A stretch of 64,000 nucleotides of DNA from Mobula birostris. Taxonomy: Eukaryota. Positions 63,456-64,000 of the stretch are shown one piece after another (position 1 is the first letter of the stretch; each line of letters starts with the position of its first letter). Position numbers and translations under genes: made by a program. Location of the stretch: contig NC_092374.1 of NCBI RefSeq assembly GCF_030028105.1, forward strand, positions 158,062,432 through 158,126,431, in the 5' to 3' direction. Below the pieces are notes generated by a model. That model was not told the DNA's origin, did no database searches, and was given only the letters and a program-made list of their open reading frames with translations.

Positions 63456-64000
63456 GCAATCAATTATTTAAGTCGATTCAAATTTATTATCACACACTCA
63501 AGTACATGTAGGCAGAGGTGCAATGGAAAAAATTACTTGCGGCAGCTTTACTGATGCATAGCATTAGAAGCACAACACTTAGAAGAAAAACATAAATATT
63601 ATAGAAATTCTACAGTTATACAATAAAATAATACAATTAAAATTTAAAAAATTCTTTGTGGTGCAGTCATCAAGATGGTCATTGTGTTGCTATATTGAGG
63701 CACTGCTTAGAGTTGTGCCAGTTGGTTCAGGAACCAAATAGCTGTAATAGAAGTGGCTGTTCTTGAACTTGGTGGTGTGGGACTTAAGATCTTTGTACTT
63801 CTTGTTCGATGTTAGCTACAAAAAGATGGAACAACCCGAATGACAGGAACTTTTGATAATATTGCTTCATTTTTTTGTGCCTCACGTAAATACTTCAGAT
63901 GGTAGACAAGATGATGAAGATGTTTAGTGAGGTCTTCCTTCTTTATTTAACCCATTCCTGCTGGAGATGAAGTCATGATTAAGGAGAGCACTTGCCAGAT

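Overview
Eukaryotic vertebrate DNA that is mostly interspersed repeat. The mix of CR1/HER1-type LINEs, Rex1/Babar LINEs, V-SINE/HE1-like and Deu-type SINEs, Penelope-like elements (PLEs), Tc1 and Charlie-type hAT transposons is what is expected of a cartilaginous fish, probably a ray; this taxon call is inference. I found no host protein-coding exon, rRNA, tRNA or CRISPR array that I can support, so the window looks intronic or intergenic. Nearly all entries in the ORF track are decayed transposon fragments or chance ORFs. The most notable structure is a set of PLE-derived fold-back insertions. Two are about 170 bp, are flanked by target-site duplications (TSDs), and have their symmetry axis exactly on the palindromic ACGT stem III of the PLE hammerhead ribozyme (27906-28073 and 58028-58203). 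A third is a 1.3 kb head-to-head PLE with the same end geometry (43981-45278) that carries an intact minimal type I hammerhead (45185-45222). Also present are a full-length decayed Tc1 element, a Charlie-type hAT carrying a LINE tail, a tRNA-head/RTE-tail SINE, a solo LTR, and several ~700 bp non-coding retroposons that begin with a YY1-type motif and end in a Rex1-type tail. Boundaries of old repeats are approximate and were set by eye.
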